64,000 nt of DNA from Methanomassiliicoccaceae archaeon (GTDB lineage Archaea; Thermoplasmatota; Thermoplasmata; Methanomassiliicoccales; Methanomassiliicoccaceae): contig CAVSJV010000005.1 in the NCBI GenBank assembly GCA_963728405.1, positions 256,001 to 320,000 on the forward strand, in the 5' to 3' direction. The position numbers were made by a program, and so were the translations under genes. The first letter of the stretch is position 1; each line of letters opens with the position of its first letter. Positions 1 to 10,856 of the stretch are shown piece by piece. The notes beneath the pieces are model-generated. The model had not been told where the DNA came from. It saw only the letters and a list, made by a program, of their open reading frames with translations, and did no database searches.

Positions 1-2
1 AG

Positions 3-3000
3 CTGGCCGTTCACAAGGGCAAGGTCAACGCCCTGGTCAAGGTCCAACGCTTCAAGGAGGCCCTGGACGCGGTGAACACTGCCCTGCAGGCCTTCCCCAA
101 GGAGCCGGAGCTGATGTCCCGCAAGAGGGACATCTCAGTGGCGTTGGGCATGGGCGATGAGACCGTGAAGAACTGCGAGGAGATACTCTCACAGAACCCC
201 CACGATCCCGAGACCATGTACGAGCTCGGAGTCGCTTACACCAAGGCACTGCGGTTCCATGAAGGGGTCAAGGTCCTGGAAAAGTCGCTGAAGAACCACC
301 CGGACAAGGAGAGGGTCCTGGTGGCGTTGAAGGACGCATACAAGGGCATCGGCAAGGACAAGGACGTCCTGGATGTGTGCGAGCGATTGCTCAAGGTCAA
401 CCCCAAGAACACCGGCGGCCTGGTAGATGCGGGCATCGCCTTGGACCGCTTGGGTCGGCGGGACGACGCCATCCACATCTACGAGGATGCGCTGGAGCTA
501 GAGCCGGGGAACCAGGACGCTCTGCGCAACCTGTGCATATCACTGTTCAACCTCAGGAAGCTCGAGAGGGCATTGGAGCGATCGGTGGCCGGCACCGAGC
601 TGTTCCCCAACGACCCCGCTTTCTGGCGGGTCAAGGGCGACACGCTTTTCGCTACCAGCCGATTCTCCGAGGGGGCGGAGGCCCTTGCTAAGGCTATCTC
701 CCTCGATCCCACCGACAAGAAGCTGTGGTGGTCCCGCGGCATGGCCCTGGTCTCCGACCAGCGGTTCGAGGAGGCGCTGGTCTCCTACGAAGAGGCACTG
801 AAGCTCGACCCCAATGACTACAACATCTGGGTCACCAAGGGCAGCGCTCTCGCTTCCATGGACCGCCATTCGTTGGCCTTGCAGGCCTTCGATCAAGCGA
901 TCTCCATCGATGAGGACAACAAATTCGCCCATACTCTGAGGGGTAAGTCTCTGGCCCGCATTGGCATGCACGCCGAGGCAGTGATCGCCTACAACCGCGC
1001 CTTGGCCCTCGGGCACAAGGACCTCGAGGTGCTAGAAGCAAAGAAGGAATCGCTCAAGAACCTGTCCCGCACCGAGGAGATCATTTCCACCTGCGATCAG
1101 ATATTGAAGCTCGACCCCAAGAACAAGGCTGCGGTCGTGGACAAGGCGATCTCCCTCCAGACGCTTGGAAGGGTGGATGACGCCCTGAAAGCGTACAATA
1201 GAGTATTGGATACCGACCCCCGGGACGCTGCGGTCCTGGAGCGGAAGAAAGATGCTCTCATGGTCAAGGGTGACTACTCCGGAGCGGTCGAGGTGTGCAA
1301 CATCCTGTTGCAGATCGAACCGCGCTCCAAGCAGGCCCATGCCGATCGTGGAGAGGCATTACTGGCCCTCGGGAGGGTCCAGGACGCCGCGGTGGAGTTC
1401 GATTTCGCCCTGAAGCTCGACCCCAATGACCGGACCCTATACAACAAAAAGGGGCTGGCCCTCATGCAGATGGAGAACTACTCGGCTGCGGCCGAGGCCT
1501 TTGACCTGGGATGGAGACTCGACCCTGGCGACTCCATCATGCTCGATAACAAGGGCCGGGCGATGCTTATGGGCCGTGACCCAGGAGGAGCGCTGCAGGC
1601 GTTCAACGAGGCCGCTCGGATCGCGCCGAACAATCACACCTTCCGGATGGACCAGGGACGCGCCCTCGCGTCCCTGGGCAAATACGAGGATGCACTGGCC
1701 GCCTTGGACGAGGGGCTCCAGCTCAACGCCAACGATGGCCAGATCTGGAGGTACAAGGGCAATGTGCTCTTCAAGATGGGCAGCAAGGAGCAGGCCGTGA
1801 GGAGCTACGACCGGGCCATCGAGCTGGGGGCTGCCACCGCCGCCACCCTGCTCTCCAAGGGCAAGGCCGAAGAGGAGCTTGGCCGGCCGGAGGACGCGTT
1901 GGTCTCGTACCAGAGCGCGGCCGAGGTCGACCAGAACGATGCCTCCCTGTGGATGCGCATCGGAGTGGTCCAGGCCAAGATGAAGCATCTGCCGGAAGCG
2001 GTGGAGAGCCTGGATCGGTCCATAGCGATCGATCGCACCAACAACCGGGCCTGGTTGAACAAGGCTGCGCTTCTCGAGAAGCTCGAAGAGGACGAGGAAG
2101 CGTTGCGCTGCTACGATACTGTTCTCGGCAACGAACCCCATGACCGGTACGCCTGGAGTGGCAAAGGTCGCATCCTCATGAAGATGGACAAGCTCGACCA
2201 GGCCAAGCGGGCGTTCGACAAGGCCTTGGAGATCGACCCCAAATTGGAATCGGCGATCGAAGGCGCTGGCGTACTGGACAAGAAGCTCAAGGAGCGGCAG
2301 GTGTCCATCTATGCGGCCAGGGTGCTCGAGTACGAATATCGCCAGAACCGGAAGGTCACCCGGGAAGAAGCGTTCAAGGAATGCGGACTGCCCTTCAGTG
2401 CGCTTGATGAGGTGACGACCTACCTGCAGAACAAGGAGCAGGTGGATGTCGACGCGTTGGACGAAGAACGGTTCCACGCCTATGAGGTGCTGTCCCACGA
2501 GGTGCTCATGGCCACGCTGGGAAACCCCAACTACCATAAGCAGGGAGTCCGCCTCGCCGACGTTTATATGAGCATGTCGGACCGGGACATGGGCAAGGCG
2601 AAGAAGATAATGACCTACATCGAGACGGTCAATAAAATGGACTTTCCCGCGGAGGCGGTGGACAAGAAGACCGAGAAAATGGTACGGGCGGCCATGGACC
2701 TGCCGTCCGACGCTCACTCCACGATTGGAGTGATGCAGCACATGGAGGTTGGCCTGTACACCGCCCGCCGCATCGTCAGCATACTCAAGAGCTTCAATGA
2801 TGAGGCCCCCGTAACGAGGAGCCAACGCTCCGTTCACGAGCGCGCCTCCCTGCCCGAGGAATTGCCTGAGGCCCCCGCCCCGACGAAGCAGGAGACCAGG
2901 GGAACGAGACCGCGGAGCGATCACGAGGCCGTCGGCGAGACGATTGAGCAACCCGAGGAGGTAAGACCGATGTTCAGGAGAAATAAGAAGAAGGAAGAGT

Positions 3001-3653
3001 TCGAGCCCGCCCACCCGGTTGACCGTACCAACGCGGTGGCCGTCAATTTCTACCCCAGCTCCGATCAGTATCACGGCCGTAATTGCCTGTTCCATGGCGA
3101 GAACGTAGTGTCGGTGTGCCCGAACTGCGGTACTCTGTTCTGTATGGAATGCGTCACCCGCCTGGACGCCTGCCCCCGCTGTCGTATGGCGATCAATTTC
3201 GTCGACGGAAGCAAGCAGGTGGTGGCAGTGGACGACCATGAGGTCATCGAGACGGAGGCCCAGCGGAAGGCCATCCAGCAGCGGTGGGCCATGAAGCGAC
3301 TGGCCGAGGCCGACACCCATGTCAGGGACAAGGAACGCCAGACCCTGATGCCGGACAAGGACCTCCAGGTGGAGAGGTTGATGCGGGAGGCCAATAAGAG
3401 GTACAACAACCCGCCGGTGCAAGAACCTCCCCAGCAGGCCTATCGGGCCGCCGCCCAGACGTTCGAGGCCCCCCCGCCGGCCGAGGAGCCCGTAGCCGAG
3501 CTCGAGCCCGCCCCGGAGGAGATCCTGCCCGAGGAGCCTGCTCCCGCCCCGCCGGTCAACAAGAAGGTCGACGAGAAGAGGGAGAAGCTCCGGGAACTGC
3601 TAGAGCAGGAGCACGATGCTCAGGAAGAGTCCCGGGACCTCTCCCGGCTATAA
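3..3653 (+). CDS. Large tetratricopeptide-repeat protein (5'-truncated by window edge) with helical middle region, Cys/His zinc finger and acidic Pro-rich tail
   Basis: Frame open from base 3. About 20 TPR-like 34-aa repeats (W..KG..L..L....EA...Y..AL..DP). C-terminal CLFH-x7-CPNC-x4-CMEC-x6-CPRC. Oligo-T after stop. Confidence 0.9.
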   Translation: MAVHKGKVNALVKVQRFKEALDAVNTALQAFPKEPELMSRKRDISVALGMGDETVKNCEEILSQNPHDPETMYELGVAYTKALRFHEGVKVLEKSLKNHPDKERVLVALKDAYKGIGKDKDVLDVCERLLKVNPKNTGGLVDAGIALDRLGRRDDAIHIYEDALELEPGNQDALRNLCISLFNLRKLERALERSVAGTELFPNDPAFWRVKGDTLFATSRFSEGAEALAKAISLDPTDKKLWWSRGMALVSDQRFEEALVSYEEALKLDPNDYNIWVTKGSALASMDRHSLALQAFDQAISIDEDNKFAHTLRGKSLARIGMHAEAVIAYNRALALGHKDLEVLEAKKESLKNLSRTEEIISTCDQILKLDPKNKAAVVDKAISLQTLGRVDDALKAYNRVLDTDPRDAAVLERKKDALMVKGDYSGAVEVCNILLQIEPRSKQAHADRGEALLALGRVQDAAVEFDFALKLDPNDRTLYNKKGLALMQMENYSAAAEAFDLGWRLDPGDSIMLDNKGRAMLMGRDPGGALQAFNEAARIAPNNHTFRMDQGRALASLGKYEDALAALDEGLQLNANDGQIWRYKGNVLFKMGSKEQAVRSYDRAIELGAATAATLLSKGKAEEELGRPEDALVSYQSAAEVDQNDASLWMRIGVVQAKMKHLPEAVESLDRSIAIDRTNNRAWLNKAALLEKLEEDEEALRCYDTVLGNEPHDRYAWSGKGRILMKMDKLDQAKRAFDKALEIDPKLESAIEGAGVLDKKLKERQVSIYAARVLEYEYRQNRKVTREEAFKECGLPFSALDEVTTYLQNKEQVDVDALDEERFHAYEVLSHEVLMATLGNPNYHKQGVRLADVYMSMSDRDMGKAKKIMTYIETVNKMDFPAEAVDKKTEKMVRAAMDLPSDAHSTIGVMQHMEVGLYTARRIVSILKSFNDEAPVTRSQRSVHERASLPEELPEAPAPTKQETRGTRPRSDHEAVGETIEQPEEVRPMFRRNKKKEEFEPAHPVDRTNAVAVNFYPSSDQYHGRNCLFHGENVVSVCPNCGTLFCMECVTRLDACPRCRMAINFVDGSKQVVAVDDHEVIETEAQRKAIQQRWAMKRLAEADTHVRDKERQTLMPDKDLQVERLMREANKRYNNPPVQEPPQQAYRAAAQTFEAPPPAEEPVAELEPAPEEILPEEPAPAPPVNKKVDEKREKLRELLEQEHDAQEESRDLSRL

Positions 3654-3659
3654 CCTTTT

Positions 3660-3974
3660 TCAAGGGCCGCCCCCGGTGTGGTGCTGGACGGCGGCCACCT
3701 CCATTTCCATATCGCCTTCGAGTATGGCTCTTTCTCCACACACTGCCCGATCATCCCGACAGCTCAGCCGGTAGCCCCTAGCCTCCAGCCATCGCAACTG
3801 CACTAAGGCCTCTTCGATCCTGATGAGGTCCACGCGGCCGTCCGGGAACAGGTCGATGAGCACCTCCACAAAGTAGGTCTCAGGGGCCCGGGCCCCCGCC
3901 CCGATCCGGAGCCCCGGTCTCCGGCCCATGGTCTGGAATGCCTCCATCTCTTCCGAGCAGGTGGCCTTCTCCAT
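3660..3974 (-). CDS. Hypothetical protein downstream of ABC exporter
   Basis: ORF from ATG at 3974 (MEKATCSEE...), co-oriented about 30 bp after the permease stop; no recognisable motif. Confidence 0.45.
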   Translation of the reverse strand: MEKATCSEEMEAFQTMGRRPGLRIGAGARAPETYFVEVLIDLFPDGRVDLIRIEEALVQLRWLEARGYRLSCRDDRAVCGERAILEGDMEMEVAAVQHHTGGGP

Positions 3975-4005
3975 CAACCCCTTGGTATCTATCGTCGTCA
4001 AGCGA

Positions 4006-5166
4006 TCACCGGTTCCCGAAACGGCGGAACAGCGCAGTGCCGGCGATGAGCGAGAAGGCGGCAAAGAACGCCACAATGGCCAGGTCTAGGACGAGGGCCG
4101 TACTGGTGAGCGTGGCTCCCCGCAGCAGTATGGTGTTCAGGCCATCCGTTACATAGTAGGCCGGCAAGAGAGCACCGACCGACTGGGCCGCCCCGGATAG
4201 GCTGGATCCCATGAACGTCCCCAGGAACATCTGGGGCATAATGAAGGCGAAGGCGATCATCGTGGCCTGACTGGGGCTCCTGGCCACCGAGGCGGTGATC
4301 AGTCCGAACCCTACGGAACAGATGGAGAATACCAATACCAGTATGAACGCAAAGGCTAAACCCTCGATGGAGGAAGTGGAGTGGAATCCCAGGGCTAGCA
4401 CCAGGGCGATAACAAGACTCAGCTGGAGTACGGCGATGACCATGTTCGACAGGACGTTGGACAGGATGAACTCGCCCGATGTGACGGGAGTGGTGTTCAT
4501 CCTCCTGAGCAGACCTTTCTCGCGGTCCAGGGCAAAGGATTGTCCGATGATCATGGTGAGGAACACAGCGGCGAAGGTGATGACCCCCGGAGCCATGTGG
4601 TCGAAGGTGGTCAGATGAATGGAAGTGGTGACCTGCGTCGTGCCCAGGGCGATCGGACCGTCCACCTGCACCGACGGCCCATAAATGGTGGCAGCCAGTA
4701 CCTGATGGACGATGGGCGGCACTGCCTGAGTGGAGACCATGGAGGCCGGATCCAGGTATAGCTGCACCTGAACCGGGGTCCACTGGAGTGGGTCATCGGC
4801 ATAGAGGGCGTAGGCCGAGCAACCGCTCCCGAAGCCCTCTGGCAATACGATCACCGCCTGGAGCTTTCCCTCGGACAGGTCATTCTGGGCCGTTACGTTG
4901 TCCTTGTAGTTCTGGAGTGAGAGAATGTTAGTGGCCGCCAGGTTGGTGGTAAATTCCTCGGACCAGTGTTGGTCCAGGGAAGGATGGTCCATGTCCACCA
5001 CCCCTATCTTGTAGGTTGCGGCCCCCCCACCCATCGCCCCGAAGGCCGTGCCGAACAGGATGGTCAGCGCAATGGGGAACATGAGCACCATGAACAGAAA
5101 GGACGGCTCCCGGAGGGTCCGCTTAAGGTTGGAACCGGTAAGGGCAGTGATCCGGCGCAGGTTCAT
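4006..5166 (-). CDS. ABC-2 type transporter permease
   Basis: MNLRRITAL start overlapping the corrected ATPase stop (ATGA). N-terminal TM, extracellular loop, 5 C-terminal TMs, DREKGLLRRM.TTP motif. Confidence 0.9.
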   Translation of the reverse strand: MNLRRITALTGSNLKRTLREPSFLFMVLMFPIALTILFGTAFGAMGGGAATYKIGVVDMDHPSLDQHWSEEFTTNLAATNILSLQNYKDNVTAQNDLSEGKLQAVIVLPEGFGSGCSAYALYADDPLQWTPVQVQLYLDPASMVSTQAVPPIVHQVLAATIYGPSVQVDGPIALGTTQVTTSIHLTTFDHMAPGVITFAAVFLTMIIGQSFALDREKGLLRRMNTTPVTSGEFILSNVLSNMVIAVLQLSLVIALVLALGFHSTSSIEGLAFAFILVLVFSICSVGFGLITASVARSPSQATMIAFAFIMPQMFLGTFMGSSLSGAAQSVGALLPAYYVTDGLNTILLRGATLTSTALVLDLAIVAFFAAFSLIAGTALFRRFGNR

Positions 5167-5910
5167 GCCGACACCTCCCGAATGCGGCGACCGGTGAGCT
5201 GTATGAACACTGTCCTCCAGGTCCTTCTGGCCATACTGGGCGATCAAGCTTTTCGGGTCATCCAACGCGATCAATCGACCGTGGTCGATGATCCCGACAC
5301 GATCACAAAGGGACTCGGCTTCCTCGATGTAATGGGTGGTCAGGATACAGGTCCGTCCTTCCTTCTTCAGCTCCTTGATCACATCCCACACTGCCCTCCT
5401 GGACTGGGGGTCCATGGCTGCGGTGGGCTCGTCCAGGAACACTATGGGCGGATCGGACACCAATGCCATCGCTAGGCTCAGCCGCCTTTTCATACCCTCG
5501 CTATATTTGCCGGCCCGGCGATCCAGGTCCTCCCCTAGCCCCATCCTGTCCAATTGCTCGATGGCCTGCTTCTTCGCCTCCCGGCGAGAGAGGGAGTGCA
5601 GTGCCCCGAACAGCTCGACGTTCTCCCGGCCAGTGAGGTGCGAGAGCACTGAGCTGCTCTGAGTGCAAACCCCTATGAGCTGCTTGACCTTGGCGGTCTC
5701 TCTCACCACATCATGCCCGCCCACACTGGCCATGCCACTGGTGGGCCGGTCCAGACCACACAAGATGCTAATGGTGGTGGTCTTTCCGGCCCCATTGGGG
5801 CCCAGGAGACCGAACACCTCTCCCTTTCGGATGTTCAGGTTTATGCCGTTCAAGGCAACGAAGTCCCCATACTGCTTGGTGAGCGACACGATCTCGATGT
5901 TAGCGTCCAT
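5163..5910 (-). CDS. ABC transporter ATP-binding protein (DrrA/NodI-like), frameshifted near C-terminus
   Basis: Walker A GPNGAGKTT, signature YSEGMKRR, Walker B FLDEPT, H-loop TTHY. Removing one base at ~5211 restores the typical ending DLEDVFIQLTGRRIREVSA*. Confidence 0.9.
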
Positions 5911-6050
5911 TTTGATGCCTCGGCGGATACCATCGACGAACGAGGCTTGGGTCTGTGTTCATGGGGTGGTTGATAGAATGAACATTACTGGGTTGAAAAG
6001 GGGCAGAACATGAACCGACCGGTGGACAATTGTCCGGCCAGCGAAAATTC

Positions 6051-6960
6051 TCAATCCTTTTGTAATGGACTGTTCTTGGTCAACCGCTCCCTCCAGGTCT
6101 CAAATACCTGACCGCTGTAAAGGATGAACGGAACGGAAGAAATGGCCCCTTTCTCATCGTCCAGCCTCTTTCTGAGGTCGTTCATGTCCTTCATCGAGGC
6201 TGACCAGGAGCAGAATATGATCGTATCCGGCAGGTTACTGAACAGAAAGAAGAACAAGCCTTCCGGTGAGTATCTGGTCAGAAGGGAGTAGGCGAACTGG
6301 ATGCGGTCCACCGAAGGGAGGACGCGGATGTGGAACATGGAAAGGATATCGTTCGACTTATCTGGATACCATTCTAGAGAGCACTCGATCAGGTGCTTTT
6401 CGAGCAAGTGGTCCAGCCGGCGTCGTACGGTCTTGGCCGAGGTATTGAGCTCCTCTGCGATGTCCGAGACCGGTTTGCGGGAGTCATCCTTCATTTTCTC
6501 GATTATCCGAAGGTCCAGCTTGTTCAGTTTATTATCCTCCTTGGACGGGGGCGGGCCGGCCAGGATCCCCACGGTAGGGTTGTCGATAAGGCCACGTGAG
6601 CTTGACCGAGGACACCACGCTCTCCAACTCCCCAATGTCCCTGAGGTACGCCCCAACGTAGATCATCCCCCCGCTGGCCTGGGCGACCCAGTAGATATGG
6701 TCGTCCTCGCCCAGCCGGGCGCTGACCTCATCCGTCTTGCCACGGCTGAATCCGTAGATGAGGGCTGAAGTCGCCCCTACTGCCGGCAAGCTGACCTTCG
6801 TGGTGAACTTGGATATGATGCCGGTCTCCATCAATGATTGGATGCGCTTGTGCACGGCGTTCACTGACAGGTCCAGCTTCTCTGCCAGCTCTCGATAGGG
6901 GGTCCTCGAATCGACCAGCAATGTCTTGATGAGAGAAAGATCGGTGGTATCCATCGGCAT
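6051..6960 (-). CDS. Lrp/AsnC-family regulator with two tandem HTH modules (one frameshift ~6595)
   Basis: MDTTDLSLIKTLLVDSRTPYRELAEKLDLSVNAVHKRI and LNKLDLRIIEKMKDDSRKPVSDIAEELNTSAKTVRRRL lie in adjacent frames. Confidence 0.85.
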
Positions 6961-7264
6961 CAGGAGAACGGATCGTTCCGATAAAGCCCTTTGGAAAAAT
7001 GCAGAGAAGGGGTTTCAAAGGGCCCTGCGCCGCGCCATCAAGAACTCAACAACACGATGGCCGCTACCAGCAGGACGTGGTCTCCCCCGCCCGGTCGGCC
7101 CCCTAGCTCGCCGGTCCGGTTCTGAAGATCGGCGATCGGGTTATGGAGCGCCTGAGTCGAGGTAACGGTCATGCCTATAATCGGCAAATGCAGAAGCACC
7201 TCGTTGTCATCCACGAAAATGATCTCCGGATATATTGGGACGGTACTCGCGTGGACCGGAAATC

Positions 7265-8566
7265 TCAGTAATCCATGAGCTCGCCCTTCTTCATGAACTC
7301 CCGGAGCAGGCAGGTGGCGTAGCAGCCCTTGTTCAGGGAGAAGGCGAAAGTGGCGCCATCGTCCTGGGCATCGTACCTGAGGTCGGTGATGCGGGCCAGA
7401 AGTTCCCTCTTGCTCCCCTTGGACGAACACTGGTGCAGCTGGGGGACCATGAAGTCCCTCTTCTGCAAGCCCTCCTCGTCGATCACCTTCCGCTCGATGT
7501 CGCCCATAACGCCCTCCGAGAGCACTGACTCCGAGCCGAACAGCGTTCCGCTGACGAATGCCCTTCCCAGACGGACCTGCCGTTCGACCAGGTCAATGTT
7601 CTGAGAGGTCACCGGCACGCCATGGTCGTGATCGGGAAGGCCCAGCCGGTCCGCCGGTAGAACAACGTCCCCGACCAGTGGCTTGTTGATCGGCAATCCT
7701 CTCCGGATGCGCTCGCTGAGGGTGCGGTTGAAAAGGTATGATTGGTAAGCGTGGACGAACATCATCTGGAGGTTCGGAGGCATCACTTGTATCGCCCCGG
7801 CGTAGTCGCCAGGGTTACGGGCCAGGAAGCCGATGATCATCCTCTCGAACGTCAATATGCGTGGGAAGTAGTCGATCGCTTGCTCGAAGTCCCTGGTCTC
7901 CTCAAGCTTTGCCCGGGCGGCCCTGGTCTCCTCGTTCTCCTGGGGGACGGGGTTCGCAGCGTAGGTCATCACTGCCCGCTCGAAGTCGCCCTTTATGATC
8001 CACTTACCGACCTCGTGGGTGACCGGCCGAACCGCGCCGAACCGCTGCACCCCAAAGAAGTTCGGGAAACCCCCCAGCTCCTTGAGCTTCCTGGCCGTTC
8101 CGTTCAGTGACTCGCTAATCTCCTGCCCTTGGAGGGCGGTTTCGGTGACCTTGATTATGAACTTGTTGCCGGACAGGTCTCCGATGGTGATGGCCTTCTT
8201 GGCGAGATAGGCATCCTCGATCCGGACCTGATGCACCTGGACGGCCATGACGCGGTCCAACGGTGCTTGGAACGACATGAGCTGCGATGTGATCGCCCGC
8301 TTGTCCTTGGTTCCAGCGAACCCGATCCTTTCCCGAGATATGCCCAACGCCCTGGATAGCTCCCGGACCAGTCGGTTCATCTCCCAGTTCTGGGCAGTGA
8401 CCTTGGCGATGGTATAAGCGCCGTTCTCGACCTTCTCCGGGTAAGTGGAGATTTCCTCCACCAGGAAGTCCTCGGGAAAACGCTTTAGTCGGCCCCCGAT
8501 GCCGGGGGTGTCAGAATAAAAGACCTCGAGGCCGATGACGGCCTCTCTAGTTTTGCACTCCAGCAT
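7265..8566 (-). CDS. truD: tRNA pseudouridine(13) synthase
   Basis: PEDFLVEE, FAGTKDKRAIT.Q, GFPNFFGVQRFG, AYQSYLFN, F.L.KGCYATCLLRE motifs. Confidence 0.96.
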   Translation of the reverse strand: MLECKTREAVIGLEVFYSDTPGIGGRLKRFPEDFLVEEISTYPEKVENGAYTIAKVTAQNWEMNRLVRELSRALGISRERIGFAGTKDKRAITSQLMSFQAPLDRVMAVQVHQVRIEDAYLAKKAITIGDLSGNKFIIKVTETALQGQEISESLNGTARKLKELGGFPNFFGVQRFGAVRPVTHEVGKWIIKGDFERAVMTYAANPVPQENEETRAARAKLEETRDFEQAIDYFPRILTFERMIIGFLARNPGDYAGAIQVMPPNLQMMFVHAYQSYLFNRTLSERIRRGLPINKPLVGDVVLPADRLGLPDHDHGVPVTSQNIDLVERQVRLGRAFVSGTLFGSESVLSEGVMGDIERKVIDEEGLQKRDFMVPQLHQCSSKGSKRELLARITDLRYDAQDDGATFAFSLNKGCYATCLLREFMKKGELMDY

Positions 8567-8567
8567 G

Positions 8568-8852
8568 TCACTTGCTCTTTTCGAGCTTGTCCCGCGCTTC
8601 CTTGAACTCGTTGGACAAGGTCTTGGCGGCCCTCTTGAGCGCGGTTTGGGGCTTTCCGTTCTTGACCTTTACGAACAGCACAGGGATGTCCAGTTCGGGG
8701 TGTCCGGTGGTATACTTCACTTCCTCCACGCCCTCGTCGGCCAGTAGCTCACTGATGAGCGGCTGGATCAGGGTCATGTCGGCTTCGCGGACCTGGACAT
8801 GAATGGAGTCCTTATCCTTTTCAAGGAGCTGAAGTTGCATAGTGGCGCTCAA
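8568..8852 (-). CDS. rpoL: DNA-directed RNA polymerase subunit L (Rpo11)
   Basis: 94 aa; TLIQPLISELL...V..VKY..GHP.LD.P.L.VK pattern of RpoL/Rpb11. Confidence 0.88.
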   Translation of the reverse strand: MSATMQLQLLEKDKDSIHVQVREADMTLIQPLISELLADEGVEEVKYTTGHPELDIPVLFVKVKNGKPQTALKRAAKTLSNEFKEARDKLEKSK

Positions 8853-9058
8853 TACTTCATCTTACTATAAAGGTTTTCTTCAACGTACGGCCCATTGCTG
8901 GCTATTGGGATGCGCTGCTGGCAAGCTTCTTTGGGGGCAGGTGCGAGCTACGCATGAGGGCTCCTCGTTTAAAGAGTTGCACAGGCAGGGCAGTAAGACC
9001 GCGGCCTTTGGCGTTCTGGCAGGGTCATCGGTGCTTCTTATTGGCCCGCCCTTGAACA

Positions 9059-10844
9059 CTATCCTTCCACTTTTCGGAGCTGCTTATTGTACATCTCCAG
9101 CAGCTCCTGGCTGGTCGTGGCGTCCCTCGGCGATTTATCGTCACGGAATGTGCCGGTGAATCGAGGGAACCGGATGGCCAACCCGGCGCCCTCCCTGATC
9201 CTGCTATGAGCGCAGGTGTGTATGGGGGAGATGCTCGATCTCCGCCCCCAGCACTTCGAGCACGAGGGCCGGTTCGAACCACACGTCCGCCTCCATCTTC
9301 GATTCGACCAGCGGGTGCTTCGTTGGTTGCCGGAACTTGTTCAGCTTTTCCGGTAACGCGGCCAGCGTGGCGTCGTCGAACCCGCTCCCCAGCTTGCTGA
9401 CCGTTTCAAAGCGGTCCTCCTCAGTGTTATACGTGGCCATCAGCAGCGCGCCGTAGACCCCGCCCCTCTTCCCCCGCCCATGGAACGCGCCGACGACGGC
9501 CAGGTCCACGGTGTCGTTCATCTCTGACCGATACTCTTTCTTGTACTTGATCCAGAGATAGCCCCGCGAACCAGCGCGGTACACCGAGTCATCATTGATG
9601 GACTTCGCCATGAGGCCCTCGCAGCCGGCGTTGAGGGCCTCGCGGAAGAACTCCTGGATGGCGTCCACATCATCCAGGACCTTCGCCTCAGAGAACCTGG
9701 TGTTCTCGGTGACCGTGATGCATCGGGTCAGTGCGGTCCGACGGTCCGGAAGCGGAAGCGTGGTCATGTCCCTCCCGTCCAGGTACAGGCAATCGAACAG
9801 ATGGATGCGGACGGGATAATCCTCGATCGCCTCGGTCAGGCCATGCTTCCTGCCGCGACGGTGCGAGACCTCTTGGAATGGCAGAAGCTCGCCGGTGTTG
9901 ATGTCGACAGGGACGCACTCTCCTTCTAGGATAGCGTTCTGGCAGGTGAACGCGGACTTCAGGGCCTTGACCACATCGGGGAACTGACCGGTCAGGTCCT
10001 CCAGGCGGCGGGAGTACAGCTTTATGCCTTTCTCATCGATATGCGCCTGGACCCTCAGGCCGTCGTACTTGTACTCGAACATGGCCCGCCCCCCCATCTT
10101 CTCCAGGATCTCCTCAGGGGATGGCAGGCGCTCGGCCAGCATCGCCCGGATGGGGTTGCCGATCAGGACGTGCACCTCGTCCAGCCCCCCGATCCCCTTC
10201 TGGCACAGCTTCTCGCCGACCAATCCGAGGTCCGAGGTGATGTTGAACGCCCTCTCCACCGCCGGCTTCTGTTCCTTGGTAGCGAAGGCCAAGGCCAGGG
10301 AGTCGATGACCGTCTGAGCGGCGACCCCCAATCGCATGCGGCCGGTGACGATACGGGCGATGTATTTGGCCTCGTTCGGCTTGGCGTCGTGGAGGATATC
10401 GGCCAGCATCCTCATCTTCGTCTCCTGGGAACCACTGCCCTCCGAGCGGGCCACCTTCAGCAGGGCATCATATACTCGGTCCAAGGTCAATGGTTGGGAG
10501 AACAGAGTTGTCTGCCGTTTGGTCTCAAAGACCTTCTCAGTGACGGTACCGGGGTCGCCCTCCTGAGCCCACAGCTGGCGCACCGCTGCTTCGTTCGCGC
10601 CGGTGGCCGCCAGCAACGTCCGGAGGTAGAGCTTGTCGGCCAGGCCGAGTTTCTCCGGGTAGAAGTCCGGGACGATCCCGCCTTGGGTCATGTACACTAT
10701 CTTCTTGATGTGAGAGCAATCGGAGGAACGGAAGAGCGAGGCCAGGATATCGGTCATCTCCAAACGGGAGGTGGTGGACTCGAGGGCCTCGTAGACCTTG
10801 ACCAGGTCCTGGTAGAGCATGACTGCCGGAACGGTGAGGGGCAT
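9059..10844 (-). CDS. lig: ATP-dependent DNA ligase (frameshift ~9236; true C-terminus in adjacent frame)
   Basis: EYKYDGLR active site, [20 protein letters not shown]. Next frame continues SISPIHTC...GLAIRFPRF...RDDK...ELLEMYNKQ to a stop at 9059-9061. Confidence 0.95.
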
Positions 10845-10856
10845 ATAAATCGAATG

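Noticed and set aside
1437-3422. Long antisense ORFs (661 aa here; also 10041-11159, 31251-32363, 62696-63970 and others)
   Set aside because: Shadow frames of GC-rich, codon-biased real genes; no motifs.
4006-5910. Apparent 634-aa ATPase-permease fusion
   Set aside because: One extra base at ~5211 explains it; correction gives a normal ATPase C-terminus and an ATGA overlap with the permease.
8853-9058. Possible ncRNA between rpoL and lig
   Set aside because: No SRP, RNase P or C/D hallmarks and no convincing long stems.
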